Of a DNA stretch of 11,878 bases, positions 9,836 through 11,878 are shown in pieces. The stretch's first letter is position 1. Every line of letters begins with the position of its first letter. The notes under the pieces are model-generated. The model saw only the letters and a list, made by a program, of their open reading frames with translations. It had not been told where the DNA came from and did no database searches. Origin of the DNA: an uncultured Nitrososphaerota archaeon (lineage in GTDB: Archaea > Korarchaeota > Korarchaeia > Korarchaeales > Korarchaeaceae); NCBI GenBank assembly GCA_964618805.1, contig CAZUBM010000033.1, positions 1 through 11,878 on the forward strand. Reading direction: 5' to 3'. The position numbers were made by a program, and so were the translations under genes.

Positions 9836-10918
9836 GTGTCCAAATTGCTCTACATCGTACTAACTACGGGAAAATGCAATCTAAAATGTAGATACTGCGG
9901 AGGAAGTTTTCCAAGAGATATGGTCCCCTGGGAGGTCCAATACTCAATTGACGACTTAATTAAGTTCTTATCTCGGGACAAAGATGCGATAGTGGCCTTT
10001 TATGGAGGAGAACCTTTACTTAATCCAGGTTTTATAGAGGAAATAATGAAGAGAGTACCTGCTAGACGCTTTTTAATCCAAACAAACGGCATTTTGATCG
10101 AAAATCTTAAACCAGAACTTTGGAGGAAAATGGATACCGTCTTACTCTCGATAGATGGAAGAAAAGAGGTAACTGACTTCTATAGAGGGAAAGGGGTGTA
10201 TGACAAGGTGCTAAAGGCTGCAGCTAGGCTTAGGGCCTTCGGGTTTAATGGAGATCTCATTGCTAGGATGGTAGTTTCTGAAAGGAGCAACATATACTTA
10301 GATGTAATCCATCTCTTGGGTCTAGGGATATTTGATCATGTTCACTGGCAACTTGACGTTATTTGGAGCGACTCTTGGAGAAATTTTGATTCTTGGGCAA
10401 AAGAATCATATTTGCCGGGAATTTCGAGGCTTATTGCCCTCTGGTTGAATGAGCTGAAAAAAGGTAGAGTGCCGGGAATAGTACCGTTTCAGGGAGTTAT
10501 GAAGGCAATGTTTCAAGGACGGATAAGTTCACCTCCCTGTGGTTCTGGAAGAGATGCCTTTGCCATATCGACAGATGGTAGGATATTAGCATGTCCTATA
10601 GCTGTAGATGTTAAATGGGCTAACCTTGGTGATATATGGCATGAAAGGCCTGAAGACCTGAGAGATTCTATTCTAATAGGAGAACCCTGCGTATCGTGCA
10701 GCTTTTTCCAATATTGTGGAGGAAGATGTCTTTATGCATACAAAGAAAGGTTATGGGGGGAGGAAGGTTTCAGAAAAGTGTGCGACCTCACGAAACACAT
10801 GATCTCGGAACTCCTTAGGATAAGATATGATGTTAGATTGCTCATAAGAGAGGGGATTGTTAAACTCAAGCAGATCCTTTATCCCGAGTATAATAACACA
10901 ACTGAGATAATTCCGTAG
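9836..10918 (+). CDS. Radical SAM/SPASM domain protein (resembles the AF_0577/TIGR04084 family)
   Basis: CxxxCxxC 'CNLKCRYC', 'FYGGEPLL', 'IQTNG', SPASM 'CGSG...STDGRILACP...CVSCSFFQYCGGRC', and C-terminal 'YNNTTEIIP'. Confidence 0.9.
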   Translation: MSKLLYIVLTTGKCNLKCRYCGGSFPRDMVPWEVQYSIDDLIKFLSRDKDAIVAFYGGEPLLNPGFIEEIMKRVPARRFLIQTNGILIENLKPELWRKMDTVLLSIDGRKEVTDFYRGKGVYDKVLKAAARLRAFGFNGDLIARMVVSERSNIYLDVIHLLGLGIFDHVHWQLDVIWSDSWRNFDSWAKESYLPGISRLIALWLNELKKGRVPGIVPFQGVMKAMFQGRISSPPCGSGRDAFAISTDGRILACPIAVDVKWANLGDIWHERPEDLRDSILIGEPCVSCSFFQYCGGRCLYAYKERLWGEEGFRKVCDLTKHMISELLRIRYDVRLLIREGIVKLKQILYPEYNNTTEIIP

Positions 10919-10972
10919 TTTGGTTTTAGCTCTTAATTTGAGTCGAAAGCTGTTCCTATTGGACTAAGGAGA

Positions 10973-11707
10973 TCAATCCATGTACCTTCCACCATTTATG
11001 TTGATAACTTCCCCAATTATATGGTCGTTTTCGGCTAGGAATATGATTGTATGAGCAATCTCTTCAGGTTTAGTTATTCTACCTTGTGGCGAAAGCTCTG
11101 CTGCCTTAATCTTAAACTCAGGAGTCAGAAAGTCGGTATCAACAGGTCCTGGTGCAACTGCATTGACTGTTATACCATAGGGAGCAAGCTCTTTGGCAAG
11201 TGCTCTTGTGAAACCTATTATTCCAGCTTTAGATGCAGCGTAGGCTACACCAACCATCCCTCCACTCTTACCAGCTATTGATGCCACACCAATTATCCTA
11301 CCAAGCCTTCTCTCAATCATTCCTGGTACAACAAGCCTTGTGACATTGAAAACTCCCTTTAAGTTGAAGGATAGCATCCTATTCCACTCCTCCTCTGTTA
11401 TCTCAGTTATCTTAAAGTGCTATGGAAAAACTCCAGCGTTATTCACAAGTATATCTATCCTCCCAAGATCCTTGATTACTTGCCTTACCATTTCTTCGCA
11501 GTCTTGAAAGTTAGAGACATCAGCTTTAGCAGCTATTGCCCTCCTTCCAATATCCCCTATCTCTTCCACGACCTCTTTAGCTTTGTTAACAGAGTGAAGG
11601 TAGTTCATGGCCACATCACAGCCCTTCTTTGCAAAGGCTATGGTTGTGGCATCTCCTACACCTCTGCTTCCTCCGGTTACTAGAACTTTCAACCCTTCCA
11701 ACTCCAT
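10973..11707 (-). pseudogene. FabG-like short-chain dehydrogenase/reductase interrupted by one in-frame TAG at 11420-11422
   Basis: ORFs 11420..11707 and 10973..11377 share a frame (offset 330 nt). Reading through gives NNAGVFP*HFKITEITEEEWNRMLSFNLKG, 244 codons in total, with TGGSRGVG, NNAG, YAASK and NAVAPG. GGAGG SD at 11715-11719. Confidence 0.9.
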
Positions 11708-11789
11708 TCCTAATCCTCCATAGAAGATGCTCTCAAAGAAAAAAGTAATCTAGACACGGTCTAGTTGACAGACCTATCCTAGGGAAGTG

Positions 11790-11804
11790 GAAAAGTCTTT
11801 ATCT
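11790..11804 (+). promoter_or_regulatory. BRE/TATA-like promoter for the PHP gene
   Basis: GAAAAGTCTTTATCT ends 23 nt upstream of ATG 11828. Confidence 0.45.
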
Positions 11805-11827
11805 GACCGTTACTCAAGATCGGGGAA

Positions 11828-11878
11828 ATGCTAGTAGACTACCACATTCACACATATCTCTGCGGCCATGCTACGGGA
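11828..11878 (+). CDS. PHP-domain phosphatase (histidinol-phosphatase HisJ-like), N-terminal 17 aa only, truncated by the window edge
   Basis: Translates as MLVDYHIHTYLCGHATG, containing the D-x-H-x-H-T..CxHA metal-binding start typical of HisJ-family PHP proteins. Not in the ORF track. Confidence 0.85.
   Translation, partial: MLVDYHIHTYLCGHATG

Noticed and set aside
9137-11683. ORFs 9137..9415, 11051..11281 and 11417..11683
   Set aside because: Antisense shadows of the MFS and SDR genes.

Overview
Archaeal chromosomal segment (GGAGG/GGTGA Shine-Dalgarno sites, BRE/TATA promoters, form III RuBisCO and the archaeal KaiC-like family all point to an archaeon; lineage not determinable here). 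From left to right: a 5'-truncated KaiC-like ATPase broken by two single-A frameshifts and its usual HTH partner; a convergent 428-aa hypothetical protein that reads as a divergent SelO/YdiU-like pseudokinase (candidate AMPylase) downstream of an Lrp/AsnC regulator; a two-gene unit (OB-fold fused to a degenerate AAA+-like module, then DUF3786); purA head-to-head with form III rbcL; an MFS transporter; a radical SAM/SPASM enzyme; an SDR interrupted by one in-frame TAG; and the first 17 codons of a PHP/HisJ-type phosphatase. No RNA genes, CRISPR arrays or mobile elements were seen. The most notable items are the SelO-like protein, the OB + dead-AAA fusion, and the concentration of adenine-nucleotide-related genes in 1-7990. 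All family assignments come from motifs recognised by eye; no searches were run.
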